A stretch of DNA of 64,000 bases from Minisyncoccia bacterium. Lineage in GTDB: Bacteria; Patescibacteriota; Minisyncoccia; UBA6257; 2-01-FULL-56-20. The translations under genes and the position numbers were made by a program. The stretch is from positions 66,246-130,245 of the forward strand of contig JBEKML010000001.1 in NCBI GenBank assembly GCA_050008535.1. The letters are read 5' to 3'. The notes under the pieces are model-generated. The model was not told where the DNA came from, ran no database searches, and was given only the letters and a program-made list of their open reading frames with translations. Below, piece after piece: positions 8,889 through 18,019 of this stretch. Every line of letters starts with the position of its first letter. The first letter of the stretch is position 1.

Positions 8889-9119
8889 ATGGATAAAATC
8901 AATAAAAAAGAAACTCCTCGGGATAGATTTAAAAGACTGGCTACTCTCAGGACAAACGCTGTCTTAAAAAGGCTTAAGGTGCTGGGAAACTGCTCGAACC
9001 GACAGGCATACGAATATAGCGAAGATGAAGTGGATAAAATATTTTCGGAAGTCGAACGGAAATTGAAAGAGGTTAAGGCCAAATTCCACTTCCCTAAAAA
9101 TCGAGAGTTCCACTTATAA
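8889..9119 (+). CDS. Small basic helical protein of a type often found beside R-M genes
   Basis: RDRFKRLATLRTNAVLKRLKVLGNCSNRQAYEYSEDEVDKIF. Confidence 0.75.
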   Translation: MDKINKKETPRDRFKRLATLRTNAVLKRLKVLGNCSNRQAYEYSEDEVDKIFSEVERKLKEVKAKFHFPKNREFHL

Positions 9120-9133
9120 GCCCCTGAATAACA

Positions 9134-11665
9134 ATGAAAATGACTATGATAAATGACAAAAAATTGAATAAAGAGATCCTGCTCGCACTGCTCTCAGCGA
9201 CGTCGTCCGAAGAGATTTCTAATTTTATAAAGACAAATAAATTTTTTAATGCTGAGAATTGTTCGTGGAAGCCATACGGCGGACAAGAGACAAATGCCAA
9301 AAACGTAGAGGGGCAGATGAGAAGCTCGAGCAATGCGCTCGTAGAAAAAATAACGAATTCCACCGATGCGCTTTTAATGCGGAAGTGCTACGAAGTCGAG
9401 GGGCTGAAGCCGGAGAGCGGTAACTCCAAACTGCCTAAGACCTTATCAGAGGCGATCGCGAAATACTTCGGGACCGAGGAGGAGATAAACAAGAAACGTA
9501 GCGAATGGGCGAAGAAAAATCTGGTTTTACTGGCCGAGGGTGACAGGAAGAAACCGACGATTACGATCATTGATCGTGGAGAGGGGCAGTTCCCCAATAG
9601 AATTCAGGCGACGATTGTCGGACTGAGCGAGAGCATAAAAGAAAAAATAAATTTCGTTTTCGGTAAATACCATCAAGGCGGATCGGCCGCGATCCGTTTT
9701 TGCGGTAGCAAGGCGAACTGCTATCAGCTGGTCTTGTCGAGGAGGGCTGAAAGCATTGCCCAGAGGGAGGGTGAAACTAATGACTGGGGCTGGACGCTGG
9801 TGAGGCGCAATTTCAAGAACAGGATCACTTACTATGAATTTTGCACGGACATTAACGGCAACACTTTCTGCTTTGATTATGACAAGCCGTTAAAAATTCA
9901 AAACCTAGACATTGATTTCATCGATGGATGCCTTATCCGGTTATACGATTATTTCTTGGAAAATCCATCAAACATAACGTTCGGCTTTAATTCGCTGGCG
10001 TTCGATATCGACCAAAAACTCCAACGGTCACCGTTGCCTCTTTATCTCCAAGATAATCGAGGGTGGAAGGGTGATACCAAATATACGATCGCAGGCTTTT
10101 TACGAAGGGTGGAGGACAACAAAAATGTCATCAACGACGATATCACCCTGCAAGCAGGACTGGGAGAAATCGGAACGAGGAGTATTCGGTGTATCCGCCT
10201 CAAGCATATAAGCGATGTGGACGGCGTTAAGTCTTATAAGCAACAGAGGGACAAAATATTCTACGTCGAGAATGGATTAGCTCTCGGTTTTGAAACGGAA
10301 TCTTTTCTGAGGACAGACTGTCAGCTTCCGGCCCTTGCGCCATATCTGATCTGTTATGTTGATATGTCCGACATTCCAGTGGAGCTGGCGAATATATTCC
10401 ATGCCGGCCGGGAGGAATTCGCTCGGACGGATGACTATCATCTTTTGAAGGAACGCTTGCGAAAGTTTTTTGAAAATGAGATTTTTGAAAAGTGGGATAA
10501 GGAGTATCAGGAAAAGAGCTTGGCCAGTGCGAATGAGGACAATAAAGAGCTTGATAAGCTGATTGAGCGAGCCATTGTCGATGATCCGGAATTGAAGGAC
10601 TTGCTCGGCATTGGTGAAGAGATAAAGATACCGAAAGGCAAAGAAGAGGATAAAGAGCCTTACGTCGGAGAGGAAAATCCGAAAAAGTTTGAATACGTTG
10701 GGGAACAGCCCAAAGAAGTCGATAAGGGTTCCTATGCTCTTGTTTCCTTCCGGACCGAGGCGGAAGATAAGCTTTTGACCAGAAAGAAGAATCGCTACTA
10801 TATCGAATGGTCTAAAGGCTCGAAGGTCTTTGACGTGGTAATACGAGGGATGAATAAGGGCGTCATATCGCTTCGGGTTGATTGCCGGGAAAATGCGACA
10901 GTCGGAGACGAGGACAAGATAACTTTTACCTTGCTGGACTCCGAGAAAAATAAAAAGTTCGAAGAGAATATAACTTTCAAAGTAACCGAGACACCGCCTT
11001 ATATTGGCTCATATTTCCCGACCTATTTTGAACCGCAAAAGGACGTTCTGAAAATTTCTCCCAAGGCGACTAAAAAATTCACCTTTGCCACCGATGTCGC
11101 AAACGACTATTTCACGAGAGAGAAAGACGCCGGAGTCATTGAGTTCGGGGAACGGGATGATCTGCAATTAAAAAAGTTCAGATTGAATGATGGAATGTTG
11201 GAGGTGAGCTTCCACGCCACGACCGAAAAGCTGGGTAAGAAACCCGATATTAAAATTGCCATTAATGGGAGTATAGATCACCGTTTCGAGTTTGTTATTC
11301 CTTTGGAAATCGTACCGCCAGAGGAAAGCTCTAAACTGAATGAGCCCAAAAGGAACCCTGTCTACGAGAGGGACTGGCCGACTTATGGCTGGAGCGAGCA
11401 CGATGTGGCAAGCGTGGACTCTTCAAGGACGCAGGGACTGATAGTAAACCTCAACGTTGATTCCAAGCCGTTGAAAGAACTGAATAAGATGGTCGGCATC
11501 GACAAGATCGAAAGTGCAAAAAATAAATATCTCGCTGATACTTACATCTACTCTCTTTATCTGTATTTTGAATTGAAAAACGACCCCGATAAGGATCGTA
11601 TGCTAAGCTCTGCAATGCGCGCGATCGGAAAAGCACTGCCCGGTATGATCCGGAAGATTGTTTAG
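9134..11665 (+). CDS. GHKL (HATPase_c/MORC-like) ATPase, 843 aa
   Basis: EKITNSTDA (N-box), IIDRGEG (G1), GKYHQGG (G2). Confidence 0.8.
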   Translation: MKMTMINDKKLNKEILLALLSATSSEEISNFIKTNKFFNAENCSWKPYGGQETNAKNVEGQMRSSSNALVEKITNSTDALLMRKCYEVEGLKPESGNSKLPKTLSEAIAKYFGTEEEINKKRSEWAKKNLVLLAEGDRKKPTITIIDRGEGQFPNRIQATIVGLSESIKEKINFVFGKYHQGGSAAIRFCGSKANCYQLVLSRRAESIAQREGETNDWGWTLVRRNFKNRITYYEFCTDINGNTFCFDYDKPLKIQNLDIDFIDGCLIRLYDYFLENPSNITFGFNSLAFDIDQKLQRSPLPLYLQDNRGWKGDTKYTIAGFLRRVEDNKNVINDDITLQAGLGEIGTRSIRCIRLKHISDVDGVKSYKQQRDKIFYVENGLALGFETESFLRTDCQLPALAPYLICYVDMSDIPVELANIFHAGREEFARTDDYHLLKERLRKFFENEIFEKWDKEYQEKSLASANEDNKELDKLIERAIVDDPELKDLLGIGEEIKIPKGKEEDKEPYVGEENPKKFEYVGEQPKEVDKGSYALVSFRTEAEDKLLTRKKNRYYIEWSKGSKVFDVVIRGMNKGVISLRVDCRENATVGDEDKITFTLLDSEKNKKFEENITFKVTETPPYIGSYFPTYFEPQKDVLKISPKATKKFTFATDVANDYFTREKDAGVIEFGERDDLQLKKFRLNDGMLEVSFHATTEKLGKKPDIKIAINGSIDHRFEFVIPLEIVPPEESSKLNEPKRNPVYERDWPTYGWSEHDVASVDSSRTQGLIVNLNVDSKPLKELNKMVGIDKIESAKNKYLADTYIYSLYLYFELKNDPDKDRMLSSAMRAIGKALPGMIRKIV

Positions 11666-12978
11666 ACTTTCTCCATTACCAGAACGTACTCGTACTCATA
11701 GGCCCTCGTTCTTGAAGGGTTAGCCATGCCTGTAAACTTACCGCTCTCGATATCGCGCCATGGGGTTATCATCTTATTCGGGATTTCTCGCTTGATGAAT
11801 TTCACTTCCTTAAATCCGGCTACCTGCATCTGTTCGGCCGCTACTTGAGCGTTTAGGATTTCTACTCCCCTGAGATTGGTGTTGCCGATAATCATGCAGG
11901 CCTTACCTCCAGTTTTAAGTATCCGGTGCATTTCGGCGAACACTTTTTTCATGTCTAAAAAGTAATTAGCGACATCTACAGCCAAAGGTCTTTCAATTTG
12001 GATCAGGGCGTTTACTATCTGTTCGGCACTCTCACTGTCAAAGTCGCCTGTTTTTTCGGCTTTCGAGCTCGTGCCGATAAAGTTGCGACGAAAATCTATA
12101 AAGCCCTTGCTGAAGTGATGCCATTTCTTGAAGTGCTTCGGATCATCGCCAAACCACAGTAGCGACAACTGGTGCAGATCGGCGTATTCATAAGATGTCA
12201 CATACGGAGGTGATGTTACGATAAGGTCAACGTCACCGTCCTTAATCGGCCATGCCTTTGTCGAGTCTCGGCGGTACATCGTGGCTGGCACTTTCAAGTA
12301 TCCGGATTGTTTTAATTCGTTATAAAATCGCTCATTCTTTTTTATCATCGAGTCGAGGTGTCGAAGGAATGACTCTTTGACCGGCGGAATTACCTTGTCT
12401 TTGTCTATCGTTGGTTTAATGCTTTTCATCAGCCACCGTGAGCAGTTTTTCAGGTTATGGGAAAATGCACACAGGAAAAATCGGCGGACGTTATGGTTCT
12501 CTATTTTTTTAATAGCAAAATAAATCCTGTCCAACTCCAAAACTGTCGACTCATCAAACCAGTAAGCAATACGAGGGTGATGTTCTCGTTGGACCGGCGA
12601 TGTGTTTTCGTAATGTTGTAAAAATTTCTCCCGGTAATTGACGAGGGATTTCGGCCTGATAGCCGTCGTCTTGGTTTGGGTGATCAGCTTTGCTACCGGA
12701 TTGATGTCAAAGCCGATGCTCTTGTGGCCTAAAAGCTTTGCCTCAACCAATGTCGTTCCACATCCTCCGAATGGATCACAAACTGTTTGGGTATTGTTGG
12801 GTGCGTAATCCTCGATCAGCTTTTTAACGATCTGCGGAATAAATTTTGCAGGGTAACGATGGTAGTCGTGGGTGAAAGCGGTCGTTTGCGATCTACCGGC
12901 ATCACGAAAAGACCAATCTTCACTGGGTTGGATGGTTCTAAACTGTTTTTGTATTGTAGTTGCGATAGCTTCCGGCAT
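11662..12978 (-). CDS. Site-specific DNA methyltransferase, N4-cytosine type (motif order X-I-TRD-IV)
   Basis: HRYPAKF, DPFGGCGTT, TSPPY. Confidence 0.9.
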   Translation of the reverse strand: MPEAIATTIQKQFRTIQPSEDWSFRDAGRSQTTAFTHDYHRYPAKFIPQIVKKLIEDYAPNNTQTVCDPFGGCGTTLVEAKLLGHKSIGFDINPVAKLITQTKTTAIRPKSLVNYREKFLQHYENTSPVQREHHPRIAYWFDESTVLELDRIYFAIKKIENHNVRRFFLCAFSHNLKNCSRWLMKSIKPTIDKDKVIPPVKESFLRHLDSMIKKNERFYNELKQSGYLKVPATMYRRDSTKAWPIKDGDVDLIVTSPPYVTSYEYADLHQLSLLWFGDDPKHFKKWHHFSKGFIDFRRNFIGTSSKAEKTGDFDSESAEQIVNALIQIERPLAVDVANYFLDMKKVFAEMHRILKTGGKACMIIGNTNLRGVEILNAQVAAEQMQVAGFKEVKFIKREIPNKMITPWRDIESGKFTGMANPSRTRAYEYEYVLVMEKV

Positions 12979-13275
12979 ATGTTGTCACTGGTATTATACC
13001 GCTTTATAAGATTTCTATCAAAAAAATTTTGCACTTTTTGATATTCCGGGCAGTCATATTTGCTTAAGTTAAGCAAATCGTTTTAGGCTTTCAATTTTGG
13101 TCAAACCGGCTGGTCATGCTCGCGAATGGTGTCAATGGTGTACTCTGGCCACAAAGCTCGCTACAGGGGCAAACACGTGGCAGAAATCGGGGCGTTTAAT
13201 CGTGAGCTGATTCGGTCTGGAATAATCTCGATTTTTCTGATAAAATTCCAGTTGTAAAAGGTGGGTTCCATGTCT

Positions 13276-13398
13276 TTAGGCCAAAACGGTTGAAAAGTCT
13301 GGAATTATGCCCGCCTCCGGGAGGACGAGCTGTAAAAGGTCTTTAATCTCTCGGATATTACGGAGAATTGAGTTCCAATTCAATTCCCTCAAGGGCAC
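13276..13398 (-). pseudogene. Detached 3' end of the serine recombinase gene, including the right att core GGGCAC (13393-13398)
   Basis: Reads VP-LRELNWNSILRNIREIKDLLQLVLPEAGIIPDFSTVLA-stop, in frame with ...STMVP at the left att core. Confidence 0.7.
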
Positions 13399-13466
13399 AG
13401 GCAAAGAAAAAGGGTTTCAGATCGAGTACTAAGAAGGGCTCTCTCTGAAACCCTTTTTCTTTGCCT
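13399..13466 (-). repeat. Conserved-loop long hairpin, copy A
   Basis: 23-bp perfect arms, a 2-nt mismatch, then core GAGTACTAAGAAGGGCTC (reverse complement of GAGCCCTTCTTAGTACTC). Confidence 0.9.
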
Positions 13467-13669
13467 TTTGGCACTCACGGGGAATTGAACGAGGGGGGAG
13501 GGGGCAGTCTGACCCCTCCGTGTAGGAGGGTCGCGCGCTTCGCGCGACAGTGCGCGCACCCTAGGTGTCGCAAGCGCAGGCCGGTCTTACCCGGCCGAGC
13601 AGTGAGATCCCTCGCAAAGCCAATAAGCTTAATGAGCGGGAAATAGGCGTGATTTGTTATAATAAAAAA

Positions 13670-13933
13670 ATGAAATCAAGAATCGGGTTGATCCTTGTCG
13701 TTTTATATATTTTGTTCGTAGGCTATCTTTGGTTTGCTGAATTGTCTTGCACTGGTTGGGGGTGTGGCTACTCGCTGATACTGGCGATAATGCCCTGGCC
13801 GCTTGTTCTGGAAGGCACAGCTCAGTTTTCAATCCCGTTATTTATTATTTTGTTTTTATTGAATGCCACTATTTTATATTTCATCGGACTGGGACTTTCT
13901 AAAATCTTCCGTCAAGACCGCGGAGTTTTGTAA
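13670..13933 (+). CDS. Small integral membrane protein
   Basis: Three hydrophobic segments, CTGWGC motif; TATAAT 6 nt before the ATG. Confidence 0.75.
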   Translation: MKSRIGLILVVLYILFVGYLWFAELSCTGWGCGYSLILAIMPWPLVLEGTAQFSIPLFIILFLLNATILYFIGLGLSKIFRQDRGVL

Positions 13934-14031
13934 AGAATCTCAAAACGCTTCCGAAGAATGTTTGTGGGGTCTCACTCATAAAGGTCTGAGGCCTTGGAAG
14001 GGCGCAGCTTCATTGGTGGTATAATTAAACT

Positions 14032-14580
14032 ATGAAAAAAATAATGGTTAGCTTGCTGTTTTTGCTGCCAGCGGTCGTTTTTCTGCAGGGAGCTCGGGCG
14101 GCCAAAACAATGCCGTCGTCAACCTCCGGTGTTGTTTCTGATCAGAAGGCCGCGGCGACGGGAAGCGTGATCGTGGTTTCTCCTCGAATCACGTCATTTC
14201 TTGAAAATCTTGCAAAAACCAATCCGTCCCAATCGGTTCAAGTTATTATTGAAGTATCCAACGCGCAACGTCAGGACGTCCTCCAGCTTGCGGAGTCTCT
14301 TGGGGGTAAACTTACCACCGATAACCCCCTGTATAATAATCCTCGTTTGCCATTATTTATTACCATTCCGGCAGGCAAGCTTCTTGATCTTGTGGCCTCG
14401 AAATATGACTTCGCCATTTCCGAGAATGGAATTGGTTCCGTCGCACAGGCAACGTCTGCGGAAAATCAATACCAGACAACGCCAGAAAAGGGCTGGAGCG
14501 GAACCGCAGGAATCGCCTCCGCCGTTGGAGCGATTGTTTTGATTTATCTGATATATAGGGTTGCAAACAAAAAACGTTAA
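14032..14580 (+). CDS. Secreted protein with C-terminal TM anchor (ferredoxin-like/propeptide-like core)
   Basis: Signal peptide; C-terminal hydrophobic helix with basic tail. Confidence 0.75.
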   Translation: MKKIMVSLLFLLPAVVFLQGARAAKTMPSSTSGVVSDQKAAATGSVIVVSPRITSFLENLAKTNPSQSVQVIIEVSNAQRQDVLQLAESLGGKLTTDNPLYNNPRLPLFITIPAGKLLDLVASKYDFAISENGIGSVAQATSAENQYQTTPEKGWSGTAGIASAVGAIVLIYLIYRVANKKR

Positions 14581-14589
14581 GCGGCGCCG

Positions 14590-15321
14590 CTACTTTGCGC
14601 TCAATAAACCGTCGATCACCGACTGGAAATTTGCATACGGTTGGGCGCCCATAATTTGCCTCCCGTTGATGAAGAATACCGGGGTGGAATTTACTCCCGC
14701 AGCGGACGCGCTTGCCTTTTCCTGGGCGACCTGGCTCGCATATTTATTGGCATCAATACAAGTCGTGAATGCCGGAATGTCCAGGCCGAGCTGCTGGGCA
14801 AGTTTAAGGAAAAGCGTCCGATTCAAACTGCCGTCGTTTTCGCTGCCGCCCTTCTGTTCATCCTGAACTTTCGCCTGATATAAAGCACCGTGATAAGCCC
14901 ATGCTTGATTCTGATCCGCGGCGCACTCCGCTGCCTCTGTCGCAGCCGTTGATTCGGGGCCTAAGAACGGAAAGCTTCTGAAGACCATTTTCATCTTCCC
15001 AGAATCCACGTATTTCTTGATAAGAAGCGGCTGGGTTTGTGAAAAATACTGCACACAAAACGGACATTGGTAATCGCCGTACTCAATAAAGGTAATTGGA
15101 GCGTTGGCGTTCCCAAGAACGGCATCGCGCGGGCTTAAAGCCATGATGTTTACCGTACTTGTCGGAGCTGCAGCCTGCGGCTGCTGCGCGGCGGGCGAAG
15201 GCGTTACTGTTCCTCCTTTATAAAATACCGTGAAGAGGATCGACCCTGAGATAAGGACTGCGGCAACAAGGATGCTGATCGGCAAAAACCGAGATTCGAT
15301 TGGTTGGTGATTTTGTTCCAT
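14590..15321 (-). CDS. DsbA-family thioredoxin-fold protein
   Basis: EYGDYQCPFC, GVNSTPVFFING, GAQPY; N-terminal TM. Confidence 0.92.
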   Translation of the reverse strand: MEQNHQPIESRFLPISILVAAVLISGSILFTVFYKGGTVTPSPAAQQPQAAAPTSTVNIMALSPRDAVLGNANAPITFIEYGDYQCPFCVQYFSQTQPLLIKKYVDSGKMKMVFRSFPFLGPESTAATEAAECAADQNQAWAYHGALYQAKVQDEQKGGSENDGSLNRTLFLKLAQQLGLDIPAFTTCIDANKYASQVAQEKASASAAGVNSTPVFFINGRQIMGAQPYANFQSVIDGLLSAK

Positions 15322-15372
15322 GCGTTCCATGATATCATGCCGACACATTGCGTCAAACGATTTACGAGGATA

Positions 15373-15400
15373 TTGAAAATGGGAAGAAGTGGCGTATAAT
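15373..15400 (+). promoter_or_regulatory. Sigma70-type promoter of tRNA-Gly
   Basis: TTGAAA-16 nt-TATAAT. Confidence 0.6.
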
Positions 15401-15413
15401 AGGAAGCGTTATC

Positions 15414-15485
15414 GCGGGTATCGTATAGCGGCTATTATGCGACCTTGCCAAGGTCGAGATACGGGTTCGACTCCCGTTACCCGCT
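15414..15485 (+). tRNA. tRNA-Gly(GCC)
   Basis: GCGGGTA/TACCCGC acceptor stem, CGACC-TTGCCAA-GGTCG anticodon arm. Confidence 0.95.
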
Positions 15486-16075
15486 CAAAGATCAAACGAG
15501 CGTCCAATAGTTTTTCTCTTAAATGTTGCCCCTGGCTTTATTTTCAGAAACCCCAGATTTGCTTTTCTAGCACCTTTGTAATCGTTTCCGCCATCAGCAA
15601 TCACAATACAGTCTCCAAATTTCTTCTTTATTTTCCGAAACGGGATCCCCGTTCTTTTTGAAAACCGGCACTGATTTTTTGTTATCGAATTTTCTATATC
15701 AAAATACTTTCGTATGCCAAGTCTATCAAGTACATACTGGGTTTCTTTTTCTTGCCCACCAGTAGCATAAATAAATCGGCAGTTATTTTTATTCGCCTTA
15801 ATCCAATCAACAATGGGATATCGTTGTGGTTGTGGCAGTTTTTTCTCAAGCACGCTTTTCTCAAACGCCCGGTTATACCATCGCCAATATACCGCCTTGG
15901 TTAATTTCTGCCCGGTCGCTTTTGTAAAAATCATATAAGTATCCGAGATCCCAGACATCTTCAATCCTTCGAATCTTTTTTCATATCTCCTGTTTGTCAT
16001 GCGCAAAAGCACCGATTTTTCAATCGGCCACATGTTGGTGAGCGTTCCATCGATGTCGAATATAATTGATTTCAT
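15485..16075 (-). CDS. HAD-superfamily hydrolase
   Basis: IIFDIDGTL motif I; DGGND motif IV. Confidence 0.85.
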   Translation of the reverse strand: MKSIIFDIDGTLTNMWPIEKSVLLRMTNRRYEKRFEGLKMSGISDTYMIFTKATGQKLTKAVYWRWYNRAFEKSVLEKKLPQPQRYPIVDWIKANKNNCRFIYATGGQEKETQYVLDRLGIRKYFDIENSITKNQCRFSKRTGIPFRKIKKKFGDCIVIADGGNDYKGARKANLGFLKIKPGATFKRKTIGRSFDL

Positions 16076-16129
16076 TTTTATTGAATTGAGAGGCCCGCAC
16101 CGTAATAAGATACGGGCCTCGATTTGTAG

Positions 16130-17134
16130 TCACCAGCTTGGCATGAGCGGCCCATGTAGCGCACTGTCGTTTATGACCTCGGCGTCTTCCCGTTCCCATA
16201 GGACGTATCCAGTGACGGGGGTTGCCCCACACGAAAGGATGACCACTTGGCACGCTTTTTTGTCCAGCGTTGCCGGGTGAATCATTTGCTGTGCAATGAG
16301 GGAGTTTCGGTTGTAGCACTGGCGGGCGAATCGACCGCCCCGGACATCCCGTTGGTACAAAACACTTTTGCCGGCACGGAGATGATCAGCGCTGTACTTT
16401 TCCGCGAATTTCAGGACGGTGCCGCTGAAGTCGGACTTCATCCAATTCGCCACGTGTTCCCATGGTACTTCGGGTGCATACCAACAGAGCGGGGTGTTGA
16501 CGCACCGAGTACGGCCTCCTTTGATGTCCCACTCGGTGCTGCGGGAAAACTGCGCAAGCCGCATCTTGTTCTCGATTTCGTACCCATAGGCAGGAACGAT
16601 GTTGGGGAGTTCTTCTGGTCGATCCCATCCGTAGTAATACATCGGGTCTCGATCGTCTCGAGGCTCGCCCGGCAAAAAAGATTCGACTTTCTTGCCAAGA
16701 TTCCTCAACTCCTGAAGCGTTAAGAGGAACTCATCATAGTACGCGTTGTTTGAGCTTGGCAGGTGCCAGGCTTGCGGTAGTTTTTCCCCGATAAGTTCCC
16801 CGCCTACAGGAAACCCGCACGCGCGGCAAAGATTGAGCGCCGTGCCCCAGCCGTCCACAAAGCGGGCGTTTACCTCGAGGACGATAAGTCTGTCCATCGC
16901 CTCCGAGATGAAGGCATCGGTCCGAAGATATATCCCCGGTTCGCAGAATCCGTCTTTCCTGAAGCCGCAAAAGCTCAGAAACTCGCCGAGGAAAAATTCG
17001 AGGCCTCGCATAATTTCGCCGCTCATGATCACGCCCAGGCCGCCTACCTTGTATGGTCTCCCGCGGTAGAGCGATCGGGGCAATAGGTCACGGTTTAGGT
17101 TGAACTCACGCCAATACATCTGCTGATTCGGCAT
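16130..17134 (-). CDS. ATP-grasp-like ligase of unknown substrate
   Basis: YLRTD...IVLEVNA; LKF; LIAQQMI; AGGAG SD upstream of the ATG at 17134. Confidence 0.6.
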   Translation of the reverse strand: MPNQQMYWREFNLNRDLLPRSLYRGRPYKVGGLGVIMSGEIMRGLEFFLGEFLSFCGFRKDGFCEPGIYLRTDAFISEAMDRLIVLEVNARFVDGWGTALNLCRACGFPVGGELIGEKLPQAWHLPSSNNAYYDEFLLTLQELRNLGKKVESFLPGEPRDDRDPMYYYGWDRPEELPNIVPAYGYEIENKMRLAQFSRSTEWDIKGGRTRCVNTPLCWYAPEVPWEHVANWMKSDFSGTVLKFAEKYSADHLRAGKSVLYQRDVRGGRFARQCYNRNSLIAQQMIHPATLDKKACQVVILSCGATPVTGYVLWEREDAEVINDSALHGPLMPSW

Positions 17135-17231
17135 GGTTTTCAAAGAACTCCTACTCTCCCGCCCGGAAATTGAAACGGCCCTTCCGGGAAGGGCTTGATC
17201 GGCAAGTGCGCGCGGCACAACCAAACCCTTC

Positions 17232-17528
17232 CTACAAGGGGATGGCGTGATGATGAAGCTTGCTGATGATGGCTCTGTATCCTCCTTCGTCGCCGTTAAG
17301 CCATTTTGAAACCCGAGCAACCGTTGTGGAGCTGAAACCGGTTTTTTTCTCGATTTCAGAATACGGCACTTTTTGCGATAGTAATTCGGCGGCCTCAAAC
17401 CGCTTTGCGAAATCCTCGATTTCTCTTTTAGTCATAAGATCCCGCAAAAACCTCCTGGCTTCGTTTGCCGTTTCGAGCGCCAAGATGGCTTGGATCAGGC
17501 GGCTCTTTTCCTTATTATTCCAGTCCAT
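17232..17528 (-). CDS. TrpR-related YerC/YecD protein
   Basis: FLRDLMTKREI...PYSEIEKKTGFSSTTVARVSKWL...GGY. Confidence 0.88.
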   Translation of the reverse strand: MDWNNKEKSRLIQAILALETANEARRFLRDLMTKREIEDFAKRFEAAELLSQKVPYSEIEKKTGFSSTTVARVSKWLNGDEGGYRAIISKLHHHAIPL

Positions 17529-17668
17529 ACGGGCACTTTAGCAAAGTAAAGTGGCAAAGTCAAGCCCGGGGCCGCAGCGATCTGTTTCGTCCTTTTGGAC
17601 TCGTCGGGCGAGATACGCATCTCACGACAGAGAGGGTTTTAGAGGTCCCTCAAACTCGCCGGGGTGGT

Positions 17669-17935
17669 TCATCCGTAGATCAGCTTGTACGCCAACACCG
17701 ACGACGAAAAAACGAAGGTGATGACGTTGGCGATGACTATCGGACGAGAACGGAGAATGCCCCCGTAGATGGCCCAGAGAAAGGTCCCCAGAGAAAGGAT
17801 GATGAACGTCCATAGGGAAACGTCTGTGGCCGGCTTCGGGGCATGGCTCCACGTCACGTAAATCTGCGGGACAAATGCTGCAGTGGTAAGGCAGCCGGCG
17901 ATCGTCCCTATCGCCTCTGTCACTCTCTTGTTCAT
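17669..17935 (-). CDS. SemiSWEET (PQ-loop) transporter
   Basis: IGTIAGCLTTAAFVPQ...DVS...LWAIYG...PIVIAN. Confidence 0.9.
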   Translation of the reverse strand: MNKRVTEAIGTIAGCLTTAAFVPQIYVTWSHAPKPATDVSLWTFIILSLGTFLWAIYGGILRSRPIVIANVITFVFSSSVLAYKLIYG

Positions 17936-18019
17936 CGCAATTCTCCTCTCTTCTCGCTGGCTGTGTTTTATCACATATGAGCTCATGTTGTCAATTGTTT
18001 TAAAATTAATCGCCCATAG

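Larger units (their letters stand above)
452..13398. mobile_element. Integrative phage-satellite-like element inserted at the tRNA-Arg(GCG) 3' end
   Basis: Serine recombinase at the left end, then rep, TerS-like, DUF5659 and HTH genes plus defence-like cargo; visibly more AT-rich than the host region; GGGCAC direct repeat at 452-457 and 13393-13398; in-frame recombinase tail at the right end. Confidence 0.85.

Noticed and set aside
13468-13495. Additional tRNA on the minus strand
   Set aside because: Only a 3'-end-like fragment; the T-stem does not pair and there is no cloverleaf.
17135-17398. N-terminal extensions given by the ORF track (also 17936-18070, 43240-43563, 59129-59257)
   Set aside because: They overlap other genes, hairpins or promoter regions; internal ATGs fit the SD/-10 signals and family lengths better.
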